A DNA stretch of 64,000 nt from the human T2T-CHM13v2.0 reference genome, Homo sapiens, in NCBI RefSeq assembly GCF_009914755.1, contig NC_060939.1, one strand, 5' to 3'. Of this stretch, positions 28,894 through 43,954 are shown piece after piece. The notes beneath the pieces were generated by a model, which did not search any database, was not told where the DNA came from, and worked only from the letters and a program-made list of their open reading frames with translations. The position numbers and the translations under genes were made by a program. How positions within the stretch are numbered: the stretch's first letter is position 1; each line of letters starts with the position of its first letter.

Positions 28894-29012
28894 GGCTGAG
28901 GGCAGTGGCTCACACCTTCAATCCCAGCACTTTGGTTGGCTGAGGCGGGAGGATTGCTTGAGTAGAGGAGTTCAAGACCAGTCTGGGTATCATAGTGAAA
29001 CCCCGTCTGTAT

Positions 29013-29044
<32 letters not shown>
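28894..29044 (+). mobile_element. FLAM/AluJ left monomer with (CAAAA)n tail
   Basis: gggaggattgcttgag...ggagttcaagaccagtctggg, then A-rich tail. Confidence 0.85.
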
Positions 29045-29204
29045 AGAAAATATGGAATAAGAACAATATTTAAATAAATAATACTAAAAAACAAACTTGT
29101 CATCCATCGATATGAGTTTTGGGGTCAATTTCAGATTGGCAATGGAGTTGAAAGAGGTCTTGGATCTACGGAAAGTGTCAGAAAAAAAAAAGACCAACAT
29201 TGAT

Positions 29205-29533
29205 ACTACCTCAGAGCTCACTCAAGATGTAGACTCTCAGACTCAGACCTTGTGAATCAAGATCTGGATTTTAAAAGAAGCTCCTTGCAATTCATGAGAG
29301 CATTAATGCACTTGAAACATTGCTGCAAATCTGTTTCTCCACTTTGGCTGCACATTATATTCACCCGGAATATTTTAAAACTTCAAATGTTCAAGTCACA
29401 CTCTAGAGGAATGAATCAGGATGTGGGTGGAATGGTGGGGGAGTTGGTCAGAGAAAGTGAGACCCAGATATCAGTAATTTTTCCAAGTTTCCCATATGAA
29501 TCCAATATGCAGGCCAAACTGGAGAATTACTAG
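29205..29533. mobile_element. Two adjacent MER5B-like remnants
   Basis: gtttctccactttggctgcacattatattcacccggaa ... tgaatccaatatgcaggccaaactggagaattactag. Confidence 0.6.
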
Positions 29534-30375
29534 TCTAAATACAAGCAAAATTAATGGGAGGGGTGCAGAATGAGAGTACCTATAGAGGAAATAAATTTGC
29601 CCTGTGACTTTCAGGTGCAACAAACAATATGCTTTGTTCTTTTCTAATTCCAAGAACTGACTCATCCCAACCCACTTGAGTTGGTAGGGAATTCTGTCCC
29701 AATCCTAACTAAGAGCCTCTCTATATCCATGTCTATAATCAGGATAATCAGGCAGCCAAAAGGAAGATATCATACCTCAGGATACATTTCAAATTAATCC
29801 AAGGACCTAAAGAAAGTTACACCATAAAACAGTTGATGGAAAACGTACCAAAATATATTGCAACTTTAAAGCAGAGAAGGTCTTTCTGTCATTCAATTCT
29901 ATAAGCCAAAAGAAAAAGACAAAAACAGTTACACATTCTTGTTGAGACCTTTCTCTGCTTAGAATTGCAAGTAGTGCCTTATTATCCCAGAATGTTTAGC
30001 TTGCTTTCAAGTCTGGCGGACTGTGAATTAGAATCATGTTATTACACCTAAAGGCGACCCAATGGTAAGAGAGTGACTGAAGAGGGATGTGGGATGGGTT
30101 CAGTGGCTAAAGGAAATGGGGCTGAAATGAGCTGCTGAATAATTTTTATGTACTGAAAACTCAATGCCTCAGGTGAGGCATGGTGAAGTTCAAGGTCTCA
30201 GAAGTAAACACAGCTCACAGTGCTACAGAGTTTTAGACAGGGCATCATCAGGAGACACTGGCTGGGGAAGGGTTGTGAATGAAAGGCCAGATGCAGGACG
30301 TGCCCTCAAGGCCTTGCATTCTAATAGGGGATGGTGAGGTCAGAAAACTATCTCCTGGCTTTCCACCTTCAATGC

Positions 30376-32608
30376 TGATATGGTTTGGCTGTGTCCCCAT
30401 GCAAATCTCATTTTGAATTGTGACTCCCACAATTCCCATGTGTCATGGGAGGGATCCAGTGGGAGGTAATTGAATCATGGAGATGGGTCTTTTTCATGCT
30501 GTTCTCACAGTAGTAAATAAATCATGTGAGACTTATTATGGTTTTAAAAAGGGGAGCTCCTCTGCACAAACTCTCCTTTTTTTCGCCTGCTGCCATCCAT
30601 GTGAGATATGACTTGTTCTTCCTTGCCTGCTACCATGATTGTGAGGTGTCCCCAGCCATGTAGAACCATAAGTCCATTAAACCTCTTTTTCTTCCCAGTC
30701 TTGGGGATGAGTTTATGAGCAGCATGAAAACAGACTAATACAGTAAATTGGTACAGGGCATGGGGTGTTGCTAAAAAGACACCTAAAAATCTGGAAGCGA
30801 CTTTGGAACTGGGTAAAAGGCAGAGGTTGGAACAGTTTGGAGGACTCAGAAGAAGATAGAAAAATGTGGGAAAGTTTGGAACTCCCTAGAGACTTGTTTG
30901 AATGACTTTGACCAAAATGCTAATAATGATATGGACAATGAAATCCAGGCTGAGGTGGTCTCAGATGGAGATGAGGAACTTATTGGGAACTAGAGCAAAG
31001 GTGACTCTTGTTATGTTTTAGCAAAGAGACTGACAGCATTTTGACCCTGCCCTAGAGATTTGTATAACTTTAAACTTGAGAGAGATGGTTTAGGGTATCT
31101 GGTGGAAGAAATATCTAAGCAGAAAAGCATTCAAGAGGTGACTTGGGTGCTGTTAAAGGCATTCAGTTTTAAAAGTGAAAGAGAGAATAAAAGTTTGGAA
31201 AATTTGCAGCCTGACAGTGTGATAGAATAGAAAACCTCATTTTCTGAAAAGAAATTCAAGCATAAATTTGCATAAGTGATGAGGAGCTGAATGTTAATCA
31301 ACAAGACAATGAGGAAGATGTCTCCAGGGCATGTCAGAGACCTTTGTGGTAGCCTCTACCATCACAAGCCCAGAGGTTTAGGAGGACAAAATGGTTTCGT
31401 GGGCCTGGCCTAGGGTCCCTTTGCTGTGTGCAGTCTAGGGACTTGGTGCCTTGCATCCCAGCTCCTCCATCCATGACTAAAAGGGGCCAACATACAGCTT
31501 GGGCTGTTGCTTCAGAGGGTGGAAGCCCCAAGCCTTGGCAGCTTCCATGTGGTGTTGAGCCTGCAGGTGCACAGAAGTCAAGAATTGAGGTTTGGAAACC
31601 TCTGCCTCAATTTCAGAAGATGTGTGGAAATGCCTGGATGCCCAGGAAAAGTTTGCTGAAGGGGCAGGGCCCTCATGGAGAACCTCTGCTAGGACTGTGT
31701 GGAAGGGAAATGTGGGGTCAGAGCCCTCACACAGAGTCCCTACTGGGGCACTGCCTAGTGGACCTGTGAGAAGAGAGCCACTGTCCTCCAGACCATAGGA
31801 TGGTAGATCCACTGACTTCTTGCTCTGTGCACCTGGATGGGGCAGAGCTGCCCAAGACCATAAGAACCCACCTTTTGCATCAGCATGACCTGAATGTGAG
31901 ACATGGAGTCGAAGGAGATCATTTTGGAGCTTTAAGATTTGAATGCCCTGCTGGATTTCAGACTTGCATGGGGCCTGTAGACCCTTTGTTTTGGACAATT
32001 TCTCCCATTTGGAGTGGCTGTATTTACCCAATGCCTGTACCCACACTGTATCTAGGAAGTAACTAACCTGCTTTTGATTTTACAGGCTGATAGGTGGAAG
32101 GGACTTGCCTTGTCTTGGATGAGTCTTTGGACTGTGGACTTTAAATTTAATGCTTAAATGAGTTAAGACTTTGGGGGACGGTTGGGAAAGGGATGATTGG
32201 TTTTGAAATGTGAAGACATGAGATTTGGGAGTGGCCGGGGTGGAATGATATGGTTTGGCTGTGTCCTCACCCAAATCTCATCTTGAATTGTAACTCCCAC
32301 AATTCCCATGTGTCATGGGAGGGACCAAGTGGGAGGTAATTGAATCATGGGGGTGGGTCTTTCTCATGCTGTTCTCACAATAGTGAATAAGTTTCACAAG
32401 ATCTGATGGCTTTAACAAGAGTAATTCCTCTACACAAACTCTCTTCTTTTTGCCTGCCGCCATCCATGTAAGATGTGATGTGCTCCTCCTTGCCTGCCAT
32501 CATGATTGTGAGGTATCCCCAGCCATGTGGAACTGTAAGTCCATTAAACATCTTTTCTTCCCAGTCTCAGGTATGTCTTTATGAGCAGCCTGAAAATGCG
32601 TTAATAGA
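30376..32608 (+). mobile_element. THE1B-like MaLR provirus: 5' LTR 30376-30742, internal 30743-32245, 3' LTR 32246-32608
   Basis: Two direct LTRs starting tgatatggtttggctgtgtcc; internal begins gtaaattggtac and ends at a purine-rich tract ggggtggaa; no intact ORF. Confidence 0.95.
30467..30477 (+). promoter_or_regulatory. DUX4-type motif in the 5' LTR (also 32337-32347 in the 3' LTR)
   Basis: TAATTGAATCA intact in both LTRs. Confidence 0.55.
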
Positions 32609-32851
32609 ATAGTCATGGCAGACATTGGAAAGAATATGATTTTTGAGCTTTCAAATTGGTAAAAAAGATAATATTTTTGGGAAGTAAAGATAAGCGAACT
32701 TTTAAAAAAATATATTTGCCTGGTATGAGACTATAAACTGATGCCAGCAGCCTGAATAACAGATAAACATTGGCCATTCAGTTTTGAAAGAACAAAAAAA
32801 TTGCTTGTGCTTTGACCCAGCAGTTTCATTCTCAGAAATTTATTGTAAACT

Positions 32852-33133
32852 GGCCGGGCACAGCAGCTCATGCCTGTAATCTCAGGACTTTGGGAGCTGC
32901 TGAGGAGGGAGGATCTCTTGAAGCCAGGAGTTTGAGACCAGGCTGGGAAGCACAGCAAGATGCTCTACAAAAGACACAATAATTGACTGGGCATGGTGGT
33001 GAGCACTTGCAGTGCCAGTTACTTGGGAGGCTGAGGCTGAAGGATTGCTTGAGGCCAGGAGTTCAAGGCTGCAGTGAGCTACAATTACACCATTACACTC
33101 CAGCCTGGGTGATAGAGCAAGACCCCATCTCTG
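32852..33133 (+). mobile_element. AluJ (Jo/Jr-like)
   Basis: ggattgcttgaggccaggagttcaaggctgcagtgagcta. Confidence 0.9.
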
Positions 33134-33160
33134 AGAAATGTATTTATAAGAATAGCTGCA

Positions 33161-35430
<2,270 letters not shown>

Positions 35431-35436
35431 TTTTCA

Positions 35437-35810
35437 AAGGATATGTTTAAGCATTGTTTATAACATATAAAATGCCAAAAACATGTTAAATAAAACACAG
35501 TATTTCCATATAACAGAATGCTAAAAGAGCCATTAAAGTTCCATACATGATTATTTATTAACATCAATTAATGTTTACAATAAAATGAAACGAAGAATAC
35601 ACATTGGTACATCCAGCATTATCTCATTTATGTGTTCCTGGACGCGTACATACATGCACACATACACATCCAGAGGACATGAAAGCCAGTGCATTTTTGA
35701 TGGTTGCCTTTGGTTGGTAGGACATACAGATTTATGGGTGATTAGTATTTGTTGATTTCTACTGTGTTCTGCAACAACAGCGTGTGTATGTCTTGCATAA
35801 TAAAAAAGCA
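35437..35810 (+). mobile_element. L1ME-type 3' remnant (host; also 32780-32850)
   Basis: tttgacccagcagtttcattctcagaaattta upstream; agcattgtttataa...ggttgcctttgg...cttgcataataaaa. Confidence 0.55.
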
Positions 35811-37406
35811 TTATAAAAAAGGAAAACCCTGGACCAGCAAAAGTGTTTAAAGCCTATAAAACATGAATGTACAATCAGGAATAAATAAATGACAGTTGTT
35901 CTAATAGAATCGTTAAGTTTGGCTCTGAGCTCCCAGGCAACCAAATCATAAAGGGAAACACCCAGCTTTTTAATGCTCATTCCCATGAAGATTAAAATAT
36001 AACATCTCTGAGGGAAAGAAAGCTCTAAATGGAATTTTTTAAATGAAGGTGCTTTTCATATCAATTTTTTATCTTTACTTCCTGGCTTCATCTGCTTTTT
36101 TCATCTTTTGAGTAAGAGAAATGTGGTGGCAAATTTTTAATTTTTTTTCAAAACATGGGAATAGCATCTATTCTAACTAAAAAAACAATCAAGTGTGATA
36201 TAACAAGTGGTTAATATTGAGAGCTTTTCACATATATTTGTCACAAGATTACTATTTCTAACTTTAACAGGATTTTTATCTCCAGTGAACAGAAAAGTAC
36301 ACACGATTTTTAATTTATTTTGTCTTTACTTTTCCACTTCTTTGATTCTTGCCTTTCTGACTGCTTTCCCTTTCCCTCTTTTAACGACACCAGCAGTTAG
36401 GAACTATTGGTTTGAAGGGTCAGGTAAATAAATCCATTTCCTACCTCCACCGAGCAAATGCTCTCCACCTGTCAATCTTTTTAGCACCTGCCTTCATTCT
36501 TCCTCGTTCAACTTGCAGCTCTACAAAATGTGGAAAACATTTTGATTTAGTTTTTTTCTAGCTTGGTTGGGAGTTTTAACTAATTCCATAATCTGAGCAG
36601 ATAGTCATTTAACTCCAGATCTCTTCTGTGGCTGTCCTGTTCAAAATAGGTTAGTACTTGATTTTTGACAGAACAGCATTTGTCTGTTTCCCTGTTTCCT
36701 CTCATCCAGGTCGGGCTTTCCTTCCAAGTGCAGGCTTATAAATAGTGCCTCGTTAAAGGAAGTTAGCACCTGCTCTGCCTGGCAAGGCACTGACGGGTTT
36801 GCACTGTGACAAACTGCCCTCACCTGAATTTCCCAAGCATGTCAATCTCTGCACCTCCGATGTTTATTTAGGCTTCTAAATTATGTCTGTGTCTTTAAAA
36901 ACAGTGATTTTTAAAAGAACCTCTTGCAATGAGGTAATGCTAGTGGCAGAATGGGTCTCACTTCCCAATCTCCAGGTCTTTTCCTCCCAACCTTATTCTC
37001 CTCCCTCATCACCTGACAAGAGGCACTGAGAATAAAATGAAACTCCCATCATCCTCACATTCAGCATCGTCAGCGTGCTCTGCAGAGATCTGCCAGTTTC
37101 TGTAAGACATTTGATCAAAGCTTCACAAGTCACGCACTTGTCTCTACACATTTTTACATTGGCAAACTTTCTAGTTTTACTATCAAGAATATTATTTTTT
37201 AAGCAAGGAAGATAGAAAATGAAGTGGAAAGTAAAATTCCTCCCCAATCCCCACACACATAGCTTCTTGCTGTTAATCTCCAGAAACAAGGAGGTCAACA
37301 GCTCTTCTCCAGCCTTCCCACTCCTACAAGGTGTGGGCTAAGAACTTGTGGTCCATGTTTCTAAGAGGAGAACCTGGAGCGAGAAGAGTTCAAGAGGAAG
37401 GAGGTG

Positions 37407-37831
37407 CAGGTTGAGCATCCCTAAACCCCATATCTGAAATCCAAAGTCCTGCAAAAATCCCAGACTTTCTGAGTGTGAACATGACATCACAGGTGGAGAA
37501 TTGCACCCCTGACCTCAGGTGACGGGTTGCACAACAGAGTTTATCTAGCGCCCCCAAGGGGAAAATGAACCGCCAGTTGTGATGTGTTTTTATGATGGCT
37601 CCAGGTCCACAAAGCTTGTTTCAGGCACAAAATTATTAAAAATATTGTATAAAATTGCCTTCAGGCTATGTGGATAAGGTGTATATGAAACAAATGAATT
37701 TGGTATTTAGATTTGAGTCCCATCCCTAAAGTATCTCCTTCTGTATATGCAGCTGTCCCACAATCCAAAAAAAATCCAAAATCATACACACTTCCAGTCC
37801 CACACATTTTGGCTAAGAGATACTCAAGCTG
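37407..37831. mobile_element. Tigger4b/MER46C-like DNA transposon
   Basis: Terminal inverted repeats caggttgagcatccct / agagatactcaagctg followed by TA. Confidence 0.85.
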
Positions 37832-38168
37832 TAGAGTATCAACGAGACTTAAGAAGGAGGTGCCTGAGACCCGCTTGGGAGAGGTCAGGGGCTGATGGAC
37901 AGGTGGAACAGGCTGTGGAGGGCCGGAGAAAGGGAGACTGCCAGCCAGATCCTAAAGCTGAGGCGTCACCAATGCAGGCAAGGCTAGGACCGCAGGGGTG
38001 GGGGACCAGAGGCCACAGCCACAGAGACAATGGCAGAAACAACCAAAGGTGTGGATCAGAAGTGAAATTTGCACAGAGGCCAATGTTAAGAAAGTGGGGG
38101 TTTAGACAATTTGGCCCTTTTACTCAGTTTGGTGCACTTTTATGGGACTAAGCTTGGTAACTTAAGAG

Positions 38169-38512
38169 TACATTAGTCAGCTGGGGCTGTCATAAGGAAG
38201 TACCACAGACCAGTGGGCTTGGACCACAGGAGTGTATTCTGCCACTGTTCTGAAGCCTGGAAGTCCCAGGTACTGGTGTTTCTCTGGAGACTTCTGTCCT
38301 TGTGTGTGGACAGCTGTCTTCTTTCTGTGTCCTCTGTGTGTGGGGGTCCTCACCTCCACTTCTTATAAGGACACCCATCAGATTGGATTAGGGCCCCACC
38401 CTAAAGACCCCATCTTATTTTAATTACCCCCTTAAAGGCCCTATCTCCAATATAGTCATATTTGACATCCTTCAACATGTGAATTTCGGGAGACACAATT
38501 CAGCCTGTAACA
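38169..38512 (-). mobile_element. MLT1B-like MaLR LTR
   Basis: ttcttataaggacacccatcagattggattagggcccc...ggccctatctccaaatatagtca...acacaattcagcctgtaaca. Confidence 0.85.
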
Positions 38513-38864
38513 CCAGGGAGGTGATTGAAAAATATAAAGAAGATTTACAAGGTAAGGAAATACCATGAATTCCAAAATGCTTTCTACAGCCTGTTCCCCA
38601 TAGGCAGCAATAGAGAAAATCTCCCAAAATGTTCTTCTGGAGGAAGGGAGGTAGTATGCAGTTCTAATGACCCTCCACCCAGTTATCAGGACCAAGTTTA
38701 TGTGCTGATAAACATGCACCAACACACAGAGAGGGTCTTTGCCAAGCCCGTACAATTACCCAGGCTCAGGACAAATGTCTAGACATTGCTTTACTTCAAG
38801 GAAATGTTGAATGGTTTCTCTAAAGCCATGTGTCAATTCATTCCCTTCTTCTAAGGAGACTCAG

Positions 38865-39249
<385 letters not shown>

Positions 39250-39844
39250 TCACCCTGTCAGTCCCAGGGACCACTCAGCCTCTGGAGATGGCACAGTCTT
39301 CTCATTGCATGCTGGGCCCTGGGGTAGGGCTCTGCTCACTGATCATGCAGGTAACTGAGAAAGTGAAAATCCTGCTCACCGCATGCCTCTTTTGCCAGAT
39401 ATTTAAGATTTTCAAGGAGACAAATGTATGAATATGGTAGAATCTGGCTGGTGTTTCTTGCTGAAGGCATGAGTGTTCATGGTGTGAATGCGCCCTGGGG
39501 AGGTTCCAGGCAGTGACCTGCAGGCAGGGCGGCTGTGAAAATACCCCAACACGTCCGCACCCACTGGCAAGAGGCTGGTGCTCCACTCCCTGTGTACCAG
39601 CTCCCTTGGTCCCTGGCCCCTCACCTGGGTCCTCCCCAGCAGCCCTAGGTGATGGTCAGTCTCTGAGAGAAGGAGGCTTCCAGGACCTGCTTCTGACCTG
39701 TTGCCATTCTCAAAGCCCACCCTGAGGGTTGAGGTCAGAGCCCTGCGGGTCAGCTACTTTGAAAATCACTCTTCCCGATAGGCACTTGGCACAGTGAATA
39801 TTTATTTTCTGATTAAGGAAATGGAAAGAAACTGGCAGAAAAGT

Positions 39845-39968
39845 ATGCATTTAATTCAGCAAGTGATTACACATCACCTACTGGGTGTGCAGTGTGTTAC
39901 TAGGTTATTTGGGATGCTTTGAAATGAATGAAACCTGGTCTCTGAATTCAAGGAGCTTATCGTCTATA
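39845..39968 (-). mobile_element. L2 3'-end fragment
   Basis: catttaattcagcaagtgatt...cacctactgggtgtgcag...tcaaggagcttatcgtcta. Confidence 0.6.
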
Positions 39969-40564
39969 TAAACTATGATGGTTAAGGCTGACAGAGCTGA
40001 GATTTTCATAAACTGTGTTTACTTTCTTAAATTACCCTGATTATAATCTTCCTACTTCGGCTTCTACTCAGCAGCTTATTTAGGTTTCTGGACTGGCTTT
40101 ATCTGCTCACTCTCTGCACTAACCTCCCTTTTTCCATCTCCTCCTGTCCCCCAAAAAGGCAGTGAAGAGTAACTGGATCAACGATGGCTTTTTCTAATCT
40201 TATCAGAGCACACCCAGAAGGGCACATGGAGTTCCATCGCGCCCACCTTGCCCGGCTTTCAGCAAGCACAACATGCTGTTGTCTAATATTTGGCTTCAGA
40301 CTATCAACTCCCTGTCAACACTGGAGAGTCAAGGTCTGCGGGAGCTCAGCAAGCTGTATCCATGACAACTGTACCTAGAGCAGGGTACTTAGCATATGGG
40401 TAATACGAAACATCACCCCACTCACTCCTGTTTTTCAAGAGATCATATGATGAATAATTGAATATTAAACCAATTGAAACATTTATTTTATGCCAACCAG
40501 TACTACTTCCATGCCACATTTGATCTATATCTAACTCATGCTATTATTTAAAACAAGGCAAAAC

Positions 40565-40636
40565 AGAAGGGAGGGAGGGAGGAAAGAGAGGAGGGAGAGA
40601 GAGAGGAAGAAGGAAGGAAAGAAGGGAGGGAGGGAA
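40565..40636. repeat. GA-rich low-complexity tract
   Basis: gggagggagggaggaaagagagg... Confidence 0.9.
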
Positions 40637-42499
40637 CATTTTGCTTGGCTATGATTTTTTAAATCTCTGATGGATTTTCCTGAAAGAAAAATACAGTAAG
40701 ATGGTGTTGGTAAATTTATAACATCTCTCACCCATAGCAAAATTCAGTAGAAAATGTTAAACATGTTTAATAAATATCAAGTTGTAATATAATAGTTTCA
40801 TAAAGACACATAATTGAATTGTCTTCATCCATATTCACTAAGGTTTCTTCATATTCCTGCTACATAAGTAAGTATCCTGCTATGGCAAAACACTCTGCAC
40901 ACATATATAAGAAAAAAAGGCAGGAAGGATGAGACAGACAGACAGAAAAGTGACTGAGGGGTGTCAAGCAGCTTGTTTTCAGTACCATATTATGCTAATT
41001 AAATTAATCATCTAATTTTGGTGTTACAGAAATGGCTGCATCACATCTTATCATCTCTTTGTGCCTAAAAGGAATAATGAGAACACTCTAGAATGACCCA
41101 AACATTTCATCCCGCTTTGATCTAGTCCTCACTCTCTCAAATAAGCCATCTTCATGGAGGTGCTGCCCCAACCTCCTGAGATGACATTGCCCCTTCCTTT
41201 AAGGGAAAAGCAGATTTCCCCTGTGTTCTTCTATATCTCCAGCCCTACTCCTGTCAGTTTTGGAAACAAAGTTTACAAAAAATTCAATCACAGTAGAGAT
41301 TTAAACAGGATTTAATTTACTTTGACAGTAGATCCATTGGGACATTTTCTTTTCTTAGTTGCAGTAACAGACATTTTGTTGTTGCATCTAATTGATGTCC
41401 ACAATGAAAATTAATCACACAATTGGCAAGTGGTTTTTGCCACCAAAGGAAAACTTTGTGTGCAGTATGTGTTACATGCATCATCTCCTATCATTGAATA
41501 ACAAATGTGAGGCATGTAGCTAGACATGCAGATACAGCTAGGGACATTAATAAGAAAAACTCATGAGAACGTTTTGTTCCATGAATAAGTACAGTTCAGA
41601 ATTTTTACATTAGTCTGCAATGTATTCACATATTTATGGTCTTGCCTTATATTTGGAATTCTGTCTCCCTAAAAGAAATATAGTATTATGGTCTGCATTT
41701 CTTGCTCATATACAAATATTTTCATAACTCATGTCTTTGCCAAAGACTCCTCATCATTATTCATTAGAGCCAAGATAGAACTATTGAAATATTGTAATTT
41801 TTATTTTTCCTCTCAATTTATTAGGGGATTTTATAAAATATAGAAAGATTAAACTTGGCTATATGTTAAAAATAATTAAAAAGACCATTACGGATAACAA
41901 AAATGCATGTTTTATACATTTCAGAAGAGTGAAATATCAGAGAAGAGACCCTTCTCATTAATACATGTACTTGTATTGCTTAGGGTTGTGTCAAAGCGAT
42001 AACATATGAACACCTTAAAAAAATGTTTTCCCTATTTTGGGCTATCTGCTTCATAGCACTGATGTTCTGATTGACCACTTGAGAAATTGTTAAGATAGGT
42101 GCAAATAATTATTCTAAAAATCATTTGAACTGGCAACTATGTTTAAACTCAAATGAAATATATTTTCCACTAGTCTAAGCTCATATTTTTTTTCCTAAGA
42201 CAGAAACTAGAAAAACGGTTTTTAAAACTAGAAAAATTCAAGGCTATGAGCAGGGAAGAATGTTTCTGGCAAATGTGTTTGACATTGATTGACATGTTAT
42301 GGATAGAGAATGTAGCTTTGGGTCTGAAGACAAGATCGAGACGCTATTATTTTTATAAAGTAGATCATTTTGATGAGAGGTGGGATATAAAGAGAAAAAC
42401 TGAAGACAATTGATGTGCTAAGGAAGTGAAAAAACCTGGCTAAATAACTACAAGTATATAATGGTATTACTAACTGCACCTTTCTACTCATCTTTCCTG

Positions 42500-43685
42500 A
42501 TTTTTTAATTGTATTTGACACTGTTGACTATTCTCTTCTTGAGAAAGAAAAAAGTAATCACCCCTTTCATTTACTTTTCTGGCCATACCTGCCCAACCTC
42601 CTGTGTACATATCTCTTCCTCTGCTTTGCCCCTATTTTTGTGTCCCCACCAACTTTTTCCAACACTGCACACATTTATGCTTACTCCACAGGTATACTTG
42701 CAATCTCTATACTGACTCCAAACCCTTATTTCTCAACCCAAATTATTCTCATAAGCTTGCACTATCTACGGGATTTTACCATGTGTATGTCCCGCAGATA
42801 CTCCAATCTCCAACTCAAAAGCTCCTCTTCCTGCTCAACTACCTAGCTTCTATATCTAAGATGATAATACTGTCTCTAAGTCATATGCTCAAGCCAAAAC
42901 CTTGGACAGTATTCTTCTACCTTATGCCAAATCTTTCACCAAATCTTGCCAGGGTTACCTCCCAAACATTCTGTATTACATCTATTTATTTCTGCCTCCA
43001 CAAATATTACTCAAGTCCACGCCCTTCTTTCTCTTAACTGTATTACAATAACAATTTCATTTCTTTTTCAAATTATATTCCACATATATCTGGAGACATC
43101 TTAATAAATCATGACTATGTCACAGGATTTTCTTCCACAAAACCCTTGTGTCACTTTTCATTGCTTTTAAGATAAGGTCTTACCTCTTTGATGTTCCATT
43201 TTAAACACCCTCTCTCGGGTCACATAAAATAGTGACCATCTACAATTGCTCAAGACCCTGTGGTCCCCTCTGCGTCTTTGGTCTTTCAACTTTTGCACTC
43301 TACCCTTTATCTGTGCTGAACTCCTTCCTAAAATGACCCACCCTTTCCCTGGTACACATCCTGTGTGCATGCTGGACTTCCTGACTTTCCCTCAGCAGAT
43401 TAAACTAACATGTGAACACAGTTATTCTTCCTTTTCTAGGAAGTCCACTCTGACCACTCCTCCCTCCGTGGTTGGGTTAAGTTCCCTTTTTAAGTGCTGT
43501 CATACACTGTTTACTTTCCTTTTCATATTGTATTCATTGATATATTGGGATTGTGTATTGAATTTAATCATGAGAATGGAGATCCTGTCAGTGCTGTTCA
43601 CTGCTGCAGTCCTAGCTGTTAGTGCAATAAGTGACTTATGGTAGACCTACAATAAGTGTATATGCTTTTTAAATGAACAAATACA
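42500..43685 (+). mobile_element. L2 fragment running to its 3' end
   Basis: tttgacactgttgactattctcttcttgag ... tgttcactgctgcagtcctagc ... caataagtgt...aaatgaacaaat. Confidence 0.7.
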
Positions 43686-43954
43686 TTTTTGATAGTTCCA
43701 GCTGTAGGTACTCAAGTTTAAACTGTTCAACAGTAACAAGCACTGGTTCCCTTTAACAAGCTCTAGCTGTGTTTTTTATTCCATTTTAAACAACTTCTCT
43801 TGGGTCACATAAAATGAAGATAATTCGTCTTAGACATTTAGGATAAAGTCTTAATTCCTTAACATTGCTTAAGAGACCCTGCTTATCACTCTGTGTCTTT
43901 TGTCTTTCAAGCTTTGCGCCTTACCTTTATGCATGTTAAATTCCTTCTTAAAAT
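43166..43954 (+). repeat. Diverged direct duplication (43166-43334 vs 43779-43954) with shuffled blocks
   Basis: ttccattttaaaca..ctct.gggtcacataaaat and agaccctg...gtctttcaa...tccttc.taaaat each occur twice. Confidence 0.8.

Noticed and set aside
31334-32463. ORFs up to 189 aa in the THE1 element
   Set aside because: Chance or fragmentary frames in MaLR internal and LTR sequence; no intact retroviral gene.
37397-37863. gaaggaggtgc repeated on both sides of the Tigger element
   Set aside because: Tigger makes TA duplications and the second copy is about 20 bp from the end; could be chance or a small local duplication.
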